From the NCBI GenBank assembly GCA_963704705.1, contig OY969931.1, positions 1,170,001-1,202,000 on the forward strand: a stretch of DNA of 32,000 bases, given 5' to 3'. Each line of letters begins with the position of its first letter. Position 1 is the stretch's first letter. Positions 11,382 through 19,229 of this stretch are shown piece after piece. The notes under the pieces were generated by a model, which was given only the letters and a program-made list of their open reading frames with translations, did no database searches and had not been told where the DNA came from. The position numbers and the translations under genes are program-made. This stretch comes from an uncultured bacterium (GTDB lineage Bacteria; Patescibacteriota; Gracilibacteria; UBA1369; PNNO01).

Positions 11382-12002
11382 ATGGCTAAATTAAACGTCA
11401 ATCCGACACGAATGGAGCTCTTGAACCTCAAGAAGCAGATTAAAACTGCTGAAAGAGGCCACAAGCTGCTGCGCGATAAACAGGACGGACTTATGCAGAA
11501 ATTCATGGAGATCATCCGTGAGGCACGAACTCTTCGCTCTAAAGTTGAAGAAAAGCTTCAGGGAGCATTCAAAAACTTTATGCAGGCATCAGCAATGATG
11601 TACCCGGAAGTTCTTGAAAACGCACTTCTCTACCCTTCTGCGCAGGTCTCACTCGAAGTTGAAACAAAGAATGTGATGTCAGTTAAAATCCCAAATTTTG
11701 ACTTAAAACAGGAAGGAAATATTTTGAACTACGGATACCTGCAGACTAGCGGAGAACTCGACATGTCACTCGAAGCTTTCCAGGAGGTTCTTCCACTTTT
11801 AATCCAGCTAGCTGAAATTGAACGTCAGGCAGAAAGATTAGCGGAGGAAACAGAGAAAACACGCCGACGTGTAAACGCCCTTGAGCACATGCTTTTACCT
11901 AATTTGAAGGAAACCGTTAAGTTTATTTCAATGAAACTCGGAGAGGCTGAACGTTCAGCAATTACAGGTGTGATGAGAATTAAAGCTTCAATGGAAGAAT
12001 AA
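11382..12002 (+). CDS. ntpD: V/A-type ATP synthase subunit D
   Basis: 206 aa; NVNPTRMELLNLKKQIKTAERGHKLLRDKQDGL, RRVNALEHMLLPNLKET. Confidence 0.95.
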   Translation: MAKLNVNPTRMELLNLKKQIKTAERGHKLLRDKQDGLMQKFMEIIREARTLRSKVEEKLQGAFKNFMQASAMMYPEVLENALLYPSAQVSLEVETKNVMSVKIPNFDLKQEGNILNYGYLQTSGELDMSLEAFQEVLPLLIQLAEIERQAERLAEETEKTRRRVNALEHMLLPNLKETVKFISMKLGEAERSAITGVMRIKASMEE

Positions 12003-12012
12003 CCAGATATTC

Positions 12013-12408
12013 ATGTCCGAAACACCAAAATCAGAAGTTCCTGAAAAGGATTTTTCAACGGACAGGCTTGATGATACGCTGGCTGCGACTGATGCGATTA
12101 TATTAAGAATTAAAACAGCTTGTGATCTTGTTGTTAGAACTATGACAGCAATTGATGATACCAAAAAATTTCAAAATAGTTCCCTTCCAATAGTGAGGGA
12201 AGTTTATACATCGCAATTCAAAAAATTACTTGAACAATTAGAGGCAGATGAGATCAAAAAAGGAACAGTAAAAATAGAACTTATTAGAAAAATTGAAATT
12301 ATAAATGAAGCCATAAAATTGCATAAAGGTTCATTTTTCTTAAGAGACTTAAACAGGGCTTTAAGAATACTGAAAAAAGAGCTCGAAAGCCTTACAACGG
12401 ACTTTTAA
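12013..12408 (+). CDS. hypothetical protein at the end of the ATPase operon (131 aa)
   Basis: ORF 11 nt after subunit D, same strand, predicted helical; overlaps the convergent recombinase gene by 17 bp. Confidence 0.7.
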   Translation: MSETPKSEVPEKDFSTDRLDDTLAATDAIILRIKTACDLVVRTMTAIDDTKKFQNSSLPIVREVYTSQFKKLLEQLEADEIKKGTVKIELIRKIEIINEAIKLHKGSFFLRDLNRALRILKKELESLTTDF

Positions 12409-13213
12409 TACTTTTTATAGCTTTTTGACGAACATGAGTATAAATTTGCGTTGTTCTTACACTAGCATGACCTAAAAGCTCCTGTACATACCTTAGGTTA
12501 GTTCCGCACTCAATCAAATGCGTTGCAAAACTATGCCGGAGCGAATGAAAAGTAGCCGGAATATCAACCTCAGCTTTTTTAAGTGCATTCTTAAAAACCT
12601 TCTGAACTGTTCGTGGATGTAACTTTCCTCCCCTATTACTCTCAAAAACATATTGGTACGGCTTTTTATCTTTCAAATAAAACTTGAGTCGATCCCAAAG
12701 CTTATCAGGTAAAATTGTAAAACGACTTTTGAATCCCTTGCCATTTTTGATATAAATCGTGTGATCATAAAAACGAACATCCCTGACCTTAAGGTCGATA
12801 AGCTCACTCAGCCTCAACCCCGCTCCATAAGCCAAAAGAATAATAAGTTTGTGCTTTTTATTGTTGGTGGAGTCTGCGATCAGAAGTACCATCGGCTTGG
12901 AAAGTGTTTTAGGCGTACTTTTTGGCCGCTTAGCATACGGAACCTTGATTTCTTTACGGCGTTTCATGACGTTAAAATAAAAAAATTTTATCGCACATAA
13001 ATACAAATTGCGCGAAACCGGCCCAACTCCCTCCTTAGCCTTCTCAAATAAAAATTGCTGCACCATTTGCTGGCTATAACGTCGTATTGCCTCCCCATCA
13101 AATTCCAAATACTTCTCGATGTTATACATGTACGTTTTGCGAGTCCTCGGACTATAATTGCGAATAACCAAGGCAAACTCCATCTCCTTTAGCATTTTAT
13201 TAATTTTTTTCAT
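12392..13213 (-). CDS. tyrosine recombinase (integron-integrase position, Xer-like domain structure)
   Basis: 273 aa with SAM-like N-terminal domain; catalytic motifs GAGLRLSELIDL (Arg I), KGFKSR (Lys), HSLRHSFATHL, LGHASVRTTQIYTH (His/Tyr); C-terminus KSIKSPL. Confidence 0.95.
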   Translation of the reverse strand: MKKINKMLKEMEFALVIRNYSPRTRKTYMYNIEKYLEFDGEAIRRYSQQMVQQFLFEKAKEGVGPVSRNLYLCAIKFFYFNVMKRRKEIKVPYAKRPKSTPKTLSKPMVLLIADSTNNKKHKLIILLAYGAGLRLSELIDLKVRDVRFYDHTIYIKNGKGFKSRFTILPDKLWDRLKFYLKDKKPYQYVFESNRGGKLHPRTVQKVFKNALKKAEVDIPATFHSLRHSFATHLIECGTNLRYVQELLGHASVRTTQIYTHVRQKAIKSIKSPL

Positions 13214-13285
13214 AAAAATATGTTAAAAATATGCACGCAGCATATCCAAACATTATTAAATATTTCTAAAAAAAACCTAAAATAT

Positions 13286-13314
13286 GCTAAAGTACGCTAA
13301 GTAGGGAGTTAGCG
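13286..13314 (+). promoter_or_regulatory. attI-like recombination site
   Basis: GCTAAagtacGCTAAgtagggagTTAGCG: inverted repeat CGCTAA/TTAGCG with 8-nt spacer and an additional upstream GCTAA direct repeat; junction inferred at G(13308)^TTAGC because the duplicate cassette at 30994 shares sequence only from GTTAGCGG onward. Confidence 0.75.
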
Positions 13315-13378
13315 GAAATTGGGCTGATTTTAAAAGCGACTTAATATATAATTCAAATAATTCTTAACCTAAAATTCT

Positions 13379-13957
13379 ATGAATCAAACATGGAAAATCA
13401 TTGTCGCCGTCATTATTACAGCAGTCGTTGTCGGAGGTGGCTTTTACTTCTGGCAACAGAGCAAGGAAGAAACTCCACAAGTTACTCGAAAAACCGAAGA
13501 TCAAACACCAGCTCCAGCAGCTGAAACCGAAAAAACGTTCACTGGTAGCGGATTTACATTCACATACCCCGTAGAATATACAGCTGATAACAAAGGACTT
13601 TGGACAACGGACGGTTATCAAAGACATATAAATCCGCCTGAAGCTTGCGATACCTGCCAGATACCAGAAGTAGAAGTAAAAGCCACCACTTCAAATAAAA
13701 CATTGGATCAACAAATTATTGCTGATTATGACTTGCCAGGAACAACACTGGCAGAGATGTCTAAACAAACTGGCATCAAATATGAGCAAATAAAAATCGG
13801 CGACAATGATTTTATCAAAATCACGGTTAGCGACATGTTCGATGTAACAGGATATTACACAAAACATAATAATCAGATTGTCGCTTTTAAAGTTTATTTG
13901 ACGGAAAAAGATAATAAGGCATTAAAAGATATTATTTCGACTTTGAAGTTTAATTAA
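13379..13957 (+). CDS. cassette 1: membrane-anchored/secreted hypothetical protein (192 aa)
   Basis: N-terminal TM segment WKIIVAVIITAVVVGGGFYF followed by an extracytoplasmic domain; duplicated at 31064-31642. Confidence 0.85.
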   Translation: MNQTWKIIVAVIITAVVVGGGFYFWQQSKEETPQVTRKTEDQTPAPAAETEKTFTGSGFTFTYPVEYTADNKGLWTTDGYQRHINPPEACDTCQIPEVEVKATTSNKTLDQQIIADYDLPGTTLAEMSKQTGIKYEQIKIGDNDFIKITVSDMFDVTGYYTKHNNQIVAFKVYLTEKDNKALKDIISTLKFN

Positions 13958-13972
13958 AATCAGCCCAACATC

Positions 13973-14092
13973 AGCTAACAAAGGCTATGCGGCTACGATC
14001 CTTTCAGTCGCTACGCCCATATTGTGCGGTGGTGAGCCACTTCGCGGCCAATTATACCACCGCACAACATCGCATAGCCTTGGCCGTTAGCC
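13973..14092 (+). repeat. attC1
   Basis: AGCTAAC ... GGCTATGCG / CGCATAGCC ... GTTAGCC; inner stem GTGCGGTGGT/ACCACCGCAC. Confidence 0.9.
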
Positions 14093-14164
14093 GCCATTTT
14101 CATTCCCACTTGAATTTTTATCAGATTTATTTATAATTTATCTCTTAATTTATAATAATAAATT

Positions 14165-14456
14165 ATGAATACACCTGAAGGATTTCCAGTTGAATTATGT
14201 CCACCACACTATATAGATCATCAATTAGATAATACTCATAGAGACATTTGGATTACAGATGTTAGTGAACAAATATACAGAAGATGGATATTTTGTTGAA
14301 AACTTTCCACCTGAAATAAATGAAAGAGTATTTCAAGTTCGTGATGGTGTATCACGGGCAACACAATTTAAGGTACGTACACATCCTGAGAGAATTTATC
14401 GTGCAACTGATAATCCACATAAAACAGGATGGTGGGAATGTAATGTAGATAAATAA
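14165..14456 (+). pseudogene. cassette 2: probable frameshifted small gene
   Basis: ATG 14165 ORF (MNTPEGFPVELCPPHYIDHQLDN...) ends at 14299 while overlapping frame 14259-14456 continues as KYTEDGYFVENFPPEINERVFQVRDG... to just before attC2. Confidence 0.55.
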
Positions 14457-14463
14457 AAACAGC

Positions 14464-14585
14464 GGCTAACAGGTGTATGTTCAGCTTCACTCGCTATGCT
14501 CGTTACGCCCATATTTTTGCAAGTGATGGCGCTTCGCGCTATTATACCACTTGCAAAAACATAGTACATACACCGGCCGTTGTAC
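14464..14585 (+). repeat. attC2
   Basis: GGCTAAC-A-GGTGTATGT ... ACATACACC-GGCC-GTTGTAC. Confidence 0.9.
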
Positions 14586-14656
14586 GAAATAGCAATGAGT
14601 TCTATCTTTGTGTAAATTTTAAGAAGCACCACTTGACTAATTGGTGATATAGTTGT

Positions 14657-14980
14657 ATGTTATCCCCCATTCATAATCATAAAACTATGAATTTTGGTAG
14701 CTATCGAGCTCGCGTCGCTATAGTAAGAGATATTAGCGAGTTCAAAACAATCAAAGATAGTAATAGAGCAGACAAACTAAATCAAGCTTTAAACAAGGGA
14801 AAAAGCAAAGTTGAACAAGCAAAAACTGATGCAGATATTGAACAAGCATGTAAAGAAACTTTTGAAGAAGTATTAAGAGTTTTTGAAGGTAGTGATGAAC
14901 ATGATGGTATGCGGGGCTTTGTTTTAGTGGATAGATTTCAAAGCGACGCTCACAATTGGTGGAATAATTCAAAGAATTAA
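14657..14980 (+). CDS. cassette 3: hypothetical protein (107 aa)
   Basis: ORF filling the cassette; identical product at 29288 apart from one residue. Confidence 0.8.
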   Translation: MLSPIHNHKTMNFGSYRARVAIVRDISEFKTIKDSNRADKLNQALNKGKSKVEQAKTDADIEQACKETFEEVLRVFEGSDEHDGMRGFVLVDRFQSDAHNWWNNSKN

Positions 14981-15004
14981 TAGTTATAAGCTCATTGCTA
15001 CATC

Positions 15005-15158
15005 GTACAACAGGCGCATTAACGGTTCGGGCTTTTTCTTGCGGCTGGCTTCGCACAGCCAAAAATCCCTCTCCCAACTTTTTTAACGGTGCTTTCATGC
15101 CTTGCGGCATGTTATTATACCACCGTCAAAAAGTTCGCTAATGCGCCAGACGTTGCAC
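15005..15158 (+). repeat. attC3
   Basis: GTACAAC-A-GGCGCATTA ... TAATGCGCC-AGAC-GTTGCAC. Confidence 0.92.
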
Positions 15159-15437
15159 GCAATTGCACACACTCAAAAAAAACCGTAAGTCAATTTCTCG
15201 ACTTTCGCTTTTTTTGCGCCTGCGGCGGTTGTGTGTGCAACAACGTACAACAAACGTATATTCAACTCTCTTCTCTCTCATGTTTCATTTTCTTTTAATC
15301 AATTAAATAACTTAATAAATAAAAATAAATTTCACTACAAATAACCCGTTCGTCCAAATTAGGCTTCTCTCGCCGCGGTGATTGGGATATTATATCACCG
15401 CTTCTCGTTCAGCCTAACTTTGTATATACGTTGGACG
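15153..15437 (+). other. cassette 4: ORF-less structured cassette, copy 1
   Basis: No ORF in cassette orientation; inverted repeat TTGCACACAC (15163-15172)/GTGTGTGCAA (15231-15240) with nested AACCG/CGGTT and AAGTC/GACTT stems; repeated as cassettes 6 and 10. Confidence 0.8.
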
Positions 15438-15443
15438 TTATAC
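15245..15443 (+). repeat. attC4
   Basis: GTACAAC-A-AACGTATA ... TATACGTT-GGAC-GTTATAC. Confidence 0.85.
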
Positions 15444-15522
15444 GCCACAAGAAAAAGAATATTGCAATTGACAAAATTGCTATATTTATATTAATATCTC
15501 TTTCCTATAACCAATCTATATT

Positions 15523-15936
15523 ATGAGAAGCAGAACACCTATTTGTGATAGGAACAAAAGAGAGCTTGCAATATGCAATGAAGCGCTTGATACAGGATCA
15601 TTTGGAGAATCTTTAATTAAATTAAAGCCATCGGAACTCGACTCGCTTCTAGATAACTTTCATCTTGCTATTACTTTATTTATGGATAGATTGGATTGTG
15701 AAAGGGCGATGAATTTAAAAACCGTAACGCTCGCGTCGGAACTGCATATAATGAATTATTGGAAGCTAAAAAAGGTAATTAACTCCTTTTTCTTGCAGCG
15801 CATAACAGGCGCATTAACGGTTCGGGCTTTTTTTGCGGCTGGCTTTCGCACACCCAAAAATCCCTCACCCAACTTTTTTAACGGTGGTTCCATGCCTTAC
15901 GGCATGATATTATACCACCGTCAAAAAGTTCGCTAA
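15523..15936 (+). CDS. cassette 5: hypothetical protein whose ORF reads through most of attC5 (137 aa)
   Basis: MRSRTPICDRNKRELAICNEALDTGSFGESLIKLKPSELDSLL...; C-terminal ~45 codons are attC sequence. Confidence 0.6.
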   Translation: MRSRTPICDRNKRELAICNEALDTGSFGESLIKLKPSELDSLLDNFHLAITLFMDRLDCERAMNLKTVTLASELHIMNYWKLKKVINSFFLQRITGALTVRAFFAAGFRTPKNPSPNFFNGGSMPYGMILYHRQKVR

Positions 15937-15953
15937 TGCGCCGGACGTTGCAC
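15800..15953 (+). repeat. attC5
   Basis: GCATAAC-A-GGCGCATTA ... TAATGCGCC-GGAC-GTTGCAC. Confidence 0.92.
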
Positions 15954-16231
15954 GCAATTGCACACACTCAAAAAAAACCGTAAGTCATTTCTCAACTTTC
16001 GCTTTTTTTTGCGCCTGCGGCGGTTGTGTGTGCAACAACGTACAACAAACGCATATTCAACTCTCTTCTCTTTCATGTTTCATTTTCTTTTAACCAATTA
16101 AATCACTTAATAAATAAAAATAAATTCACTACAAATAACCCGTTCGTCCAAATTAGGCTTCTCTCGCCGCGGTGATTGGGATATTATATCACCGCTTCTC
16201 GTTCAGCCTAACTTTGTATATGCGTTGGACG
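15948..16231 (+). other. cassette 6: ORF-less structured cassette, copy 2
   Basis: Near-identical to cassette 4 along its whole length. Confidence 0.8.
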
Positions 16232-16237
16232 TTATGT
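16040..16237 (+). repeat. attC6
   Basis: GTACAAC-A-AACGCATA ... TATGCGTT-GGAC-GTTATGT. Confidence 0.85.
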
Positions 16238-16342
16238 GTAATAGCGAAAAGAAAAATGTTGCACATTTTCAATATTTTTGGTAATTTACGTTTATAATTG
16301 CGCACAACCTCATCTAATTCATTATCTTATTAGAAATCAGTT

Positions 16343-16609
16343 ATGAGAGATACAATAAGCGGTTCAAACGAACCTAAACCAGAAAAACCTCCTCTTCATT
16401 CATTGGAACAGTGGGAGTTGTCTAACAGAATTTCGCATGAAACGGGCTGTAATAGTGAACAATTGAAGTGGATCGAAGATCGAATGAATGAATTAAATGT
16501 GGGTGAAAGTTTTGAATGGACCTCAGAAACACAACAAGTGATCACAATTACAAAGGTAGAAGAAAAATTTTACAAGTTAGACTTTCCTCAAAATTACAAA
16601 CGATCGTAA
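16343..16609 (+). CDS. cassette 7: hypothetical protein (88 aa)
   Basis: ORF filling the cassette, followed by a hairpin terminator. Confidence 0.75.
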   Translation: MRDTISGSNEPKPEKPPLHSLEQWELSNRISHETGCNSEQLKWIEDRMNELNVGESFEWTSETQQVITITKVEEKFYKLDFPQNYKRS

Positions 16610-16629
16610 ACGCAAATTACCAAAAATAT

Positions 16630-16660
16630 ACGACCGCCTTTAAGGGGCGGTCGTTGCTTT
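16630..16660 (+). terminator. hairpin terminator of cassette 7
   Basis: ACGACCGCC-tttaagg-GGCGGTCGT followed by TGCTTT. Confidence 0.6.
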
Positions 16661-16670
16661 ACGCTACTAC

Positions 16671-16800
16671 GCATAACACTGGACATGCGGTTCGGGTTAT
16701 CCCCGAAAGACCTTATGCAAATTGAAAAACCCCGCTCTTTTTGATAAAATTGATTAAGGAAGGGGGGTTTTTCAACTTCGCATGTCCAGGAACGTTATGT
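16671..16800 (+). repeat. attC7
   Basis: GCATAAC-A-CTGGACATGCG ... CGCATGTCCAG-GAAC-GTTATGT. Confidence 0.88.
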
Positions 16801-16912
16801 GAAATAGCCAGAAATTTCTTAATTATTTTTTAGATTTTTTTGGCAATTTATTTCAACGGTCGACATAACTTATGATATAATTTAGTCAGTTTAATATTTA
16901 ACCAAAATAACT

Positions 16913-17161
16913 ATGGAATCACCAGAACAAGGGTTTAACCCACAAGAACATACACGCTGGGCAAAACAGCGGGCACTTGAACTATTAGAAAACGGAGATC
17001 TTATGCAGGCAATTGACTCAATGGTAAGTGATTTAGGTAAAGATCCTACGCGCCCGCCTGAACAAGTGAGAATGCTTACTATGATGGGCATGATTACAAG
17101 AAATGATCCCGCATTAGATGAAAAGAAAGTACGCGAGTTTATTGAAGGGTTTGCTGAATAA
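16913..17161 (+). CDS. cassette 8: hypothetical protein (82 aa)
   Basis: ORF in cassette orientation preceded by TATAAT at 16876. Confidence 0.7.
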   Translation: MESPEQGFNPQEHTRWAKQRALELLENGDLMQAIDSMVSDLGKDPTRPPEQVRMLTMMGMITRNDPALDEKKVREFIEGFAE

Positions 17162-17204
17162 ATTGCCAAAAAAAGAATAAGGAATAGAAATTTCTGGCTA
17201 CATC

Positions 17205-17405
17205 ACATAACAGCGTGTATCTGGCTACGGAAAATTGGCGTTAATTAAACCCTTAAGGAATGCTAATTTTCCTCCGCCCAAATCCCGCACTAATTTTTGT
17301 GGGTTTTGGATGGAGAGCGTGTATAAAAGTGTTCGTAATAATTTTTAACATTATCTTTTACCAACAAAATTAGTGCGGGACTTCAGATACACGCAAACGT
17401 TAGCC
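17205..17405 (+). repeat. attC8 (longest, 201 bp)
   Basis: ACATAAC-A-GCGTGTATCTG ... CAGATACACGC-AAAC-GTTAGCC. Confidence 0.85.
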
Positions 17406-17428
17406 GCCATTCAATATTAGTTATGTAT

Positions 17429-17457
17429 TTGTTATTTATGGCTTTTTGTTGTATAAT
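17429..17457 (+). promoter_or_regulatory. candidate cassette-borne promoter (cassette 9)
   Basis: TTGTTA (17429-17434), 17 nt, TATAAT (17452-17457), 33 nt before the ATG at 17491. Confidence 0.55.
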
Positions 17458-17490
17458 ATATACGTATTATATAATTAACAACTTATATAT

Positions 17491-17835
17491 ATGAATCCTT
17501 TAGAATCCTCTTTTTATGAAGAAGAACACAGTGAAATCGATAATTTAAATAAAGCAATTGAAGATAGTTTGGCAACAACAGTAATTGAAGCTGCTCAAAA
17601 CAGGTCACCTGAAGAAGCTAGAAAAGTGTTTAAAGCGAGCTTAGTTATTAATAGGATTTTTAATAATGTATTATTTGATGCTCGCGCAGATGGAACATCT
17701 GTATCAGATTTACCGACTTTACAGGGTATGATTGATGATTATGTTGCAAAACTTAATTTTGATTCATCGATATTAAGTAATTCTGTTGAAAAATTTCATA
17801 AATTAGCTGTTGAACTAGCTAAAGAAGAAATGTAA
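17491..17835 (+). CDS. cassette 9: hypothetical protein (114 aa)
   Basis: ORF filling the cassette, with an upstream promoter candidate. Confidence 0.75.
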   Translation: MNPLESSFYEEEHSEIDNLNKAIEDSLATTVIEAAQNRSPEEARKVFKASLVINRIFNNVLFDARADGTSVSDLPTLQGMIDDYVAKLNFDSSILSNSVEKFHKLAVELAKEEM

Positions 17836-17843
17836 TAGAAAGC

Positions 17844-17993
17844 GGCTAACAGGCGCATATAAGGTTCACTTCGCTTCGCTCGCTCACCCAAAAAAGCTAC
17901 ACTCGTCTCGGTGGTGAGCACGCTTATAAGCGTGACATTTTACCACCTCGTCTCGTTTCGCATTTCTTCTTATATACGCCGGACGTTGCACGC
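17844..17993 (+). repeat. attC9
   Basis: GGCTAAC-A-GGCGCATATAAG ... CTTATATACGCC-GGAC-GTTGCAC. Confidence 0.88.
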
Positions 17994-18269
17994 AATTGCA
18001 CACACTCAAAAAAAACCGTAAGTCATTTCTCGACTTTCGCTTTTTTTTGCGCCTGCGGCGGTTGTGTGTGCAACAACGTACAACAAACGCATATTCAACT
18101 CTCTTCTCTTTCATGTTTCATTTTCTTTTAACCAATTAAATCACTTAATAAATAAAAATAAATTCACTACAAATAACCCGTTCGTCTAAATTAGGCTTCT
18201 CTCGCCGCGGTGATTGGGATATTATATCACCGCTTCTCGTTCAGCCTAACTTTGTATATGCGTTGGACG
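17988..18269 (+). other. cassette 10: ORF-less structured cassette, copy 3
   Basis: Near-identical to cassettes 4 and 6. Confidence 0.8.
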
Positions 18270-18275
18270 TTGTAT
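18078..18275 (+). repeat. attC10
   Basis: GTACAAC-A-AACGCATA ... TATGCGTT-GGAC-GTTGTAT. Confidence 0.85.
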
Positions 18276-18309
18276 GATATAATCAAATAAATTCTTTAAC
18301 ATTGTAAAC

Positions 18310-18777
18310 ATGAAAAAGTTTGTACTGGGACTAACAGTTGGAATAATCGTTGCAATTGCGCCAGCAGTTTATGCAATGATCGTTCCTCCGGTAAATTTTA
18401 CTGATGTCAGCCAAAACGATTGGTATTATACTCCCGTAACACAATTGGCTACCATGGGTATTATTAATGGTTATTCCGATGGATCGTTTAAACCTACAAA
18501 TTCAATCAACAGGGCTGAAACTGCTAAACTTATTTATGCACTTTATGAGCAACTTAACGATAGTAGCAAAGTGGCGGATTTAGAAAATAGAATTGAAATT
18601 TTAGAGACTCAGATGAGCACATTAAGTTTACCGGGAGACTGCTATTATAATAATACTTGGTATTCAACCGGGGATACGGTTCCACAGGATAATGTTTGCG
18701 AAACAGATGTTTGTGGTCCTGGGTCTTGTACATGTCAAGATGATGGAAGTCTTGCGCAATGTGCAATAACCTACTAA
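18310..18777 (+). CDS. cassette 11: secreted S-layer-homology (SLH) domain protein
   Basis: Signal-like N-terminus; SLH repeat FTDVSQNDWYYTPVTQLATMGIINGYSDGSFKPTNSINRAETAKLIY; Cys-rich C-terminus. Confidence 0.88.
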   Translation: MKKFVLGLTVGIIVAIAPAVYAMIVPPVNFTDVSQNDWYYTPVTQLATMGIINGYSDGSFKPTNSINRAETAKLIYALYEQLNDSSKVADLENRIEILETQMSTLSLPGDCYYNNTWYSTGDTVPQDNVCETDVCGPGSCTCQDDGSLAQCAITY

Positions 18778-18796
18778 AAGCTAATTTGATTACATC

Positions 18797-18929
18797 ACAC
18801 AACAGCTGATTATGCGGTTCCACTCGCCTATCGGCTCGTTTCACCCAACTTTTCAAACGGTGGTTGCACGTCTGGCGACGTGATATTATACCACCGTCAA
18901 AAAGTTCGCATAGTCAGCGGACGTTAGGC
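18797..18929 (+). repeat. attC11
   Basis: ACACAAC-A-GCTGATTATGCG ... CGCATAGTCAGC-GGAC-GTTAGGC. Confidence 0.88.
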
Positions 18930-19015
18930 GATATTATTTTATTAAGGTATTTAATGTCTACAAGCTTTACAAGATAATTATTTTATGTATAATTATTTCC
19001 TTTAATAAATATATT

Positions 19016-19225
19016 ATGACTCGACCTAAATTAGATAAAGATCCAAAACTAAAAAGAAGTGAAAGGCTAACTGCTTTTATTGATGAAGAAAGTATGAAAA
19101 GGATTCAATGGGCAGCATTCGTTACAAAGAAATCTATTGGAGAAGTTCTTGGTGATTTGATTATGAAGAATATAAAAGAACCGCCAAAGGAAATAGATGA
19201 AGATCCATTTTTACATGAAGAATAA
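19016..19225 (+). CDS. cassette 12: small ribbon-helix-helix-like protein (69 aa)
   Basis: RLTAFIDEESMKRIQWAAFVTKKSIGEVLGDLIMKNI resembles an RHH DNA-binding fold; degraded copy at 29871. Confidence 0.6.
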   Translation: MTRPKLDKDPKLKRSERLTAFIDEESMKRIQWAAFVTKKSIGEVLGDLIMKNIKEPPKEIDEDPFLHEE

Positions 19226-19229
19226 CATC

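Noticed and set aside
2-12002. UGA recoding (as in some candidate-phylum bacteria)
   Set aside because: TGA terminates subunit F in agreement with expected length and no in-frame TGA is needed in conserved genes.
12392-13213. Recombinase as a prophage or ICE integrase
   Set aside because: No phage or conjugation genes in the window; the adjacent array and attI-like site fit an integron better.
13364-13627. Minus-strand 87-aa ORF, also at 31049-31312
   Set aside because: Antisense to the cassette 1/28 gene; duplicated only because the cassette is duplicated.
14751-15110. Minus-strand ORF of 119 aa (also 29382-29603, 16891-17169, 15110-type attC ORFs)
   Set aside because: Antisense to a plus-strand cassette ORF and extends into attC sequence; shadow ORFs.
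15110-15125. TATAAT on the bottom strand within attCs as a functional promoter
   Set aside because: No TTGACA-like -35 at the proper distance; kept only as a structural motif in the findings.
15089-15298. 69-aa ORF across attC3 and the non-coding cassette
   Set aside because: It starts inside attC3, spans a structured repeat, and is not conserved as an ORF in the track for the other two cassette copies.
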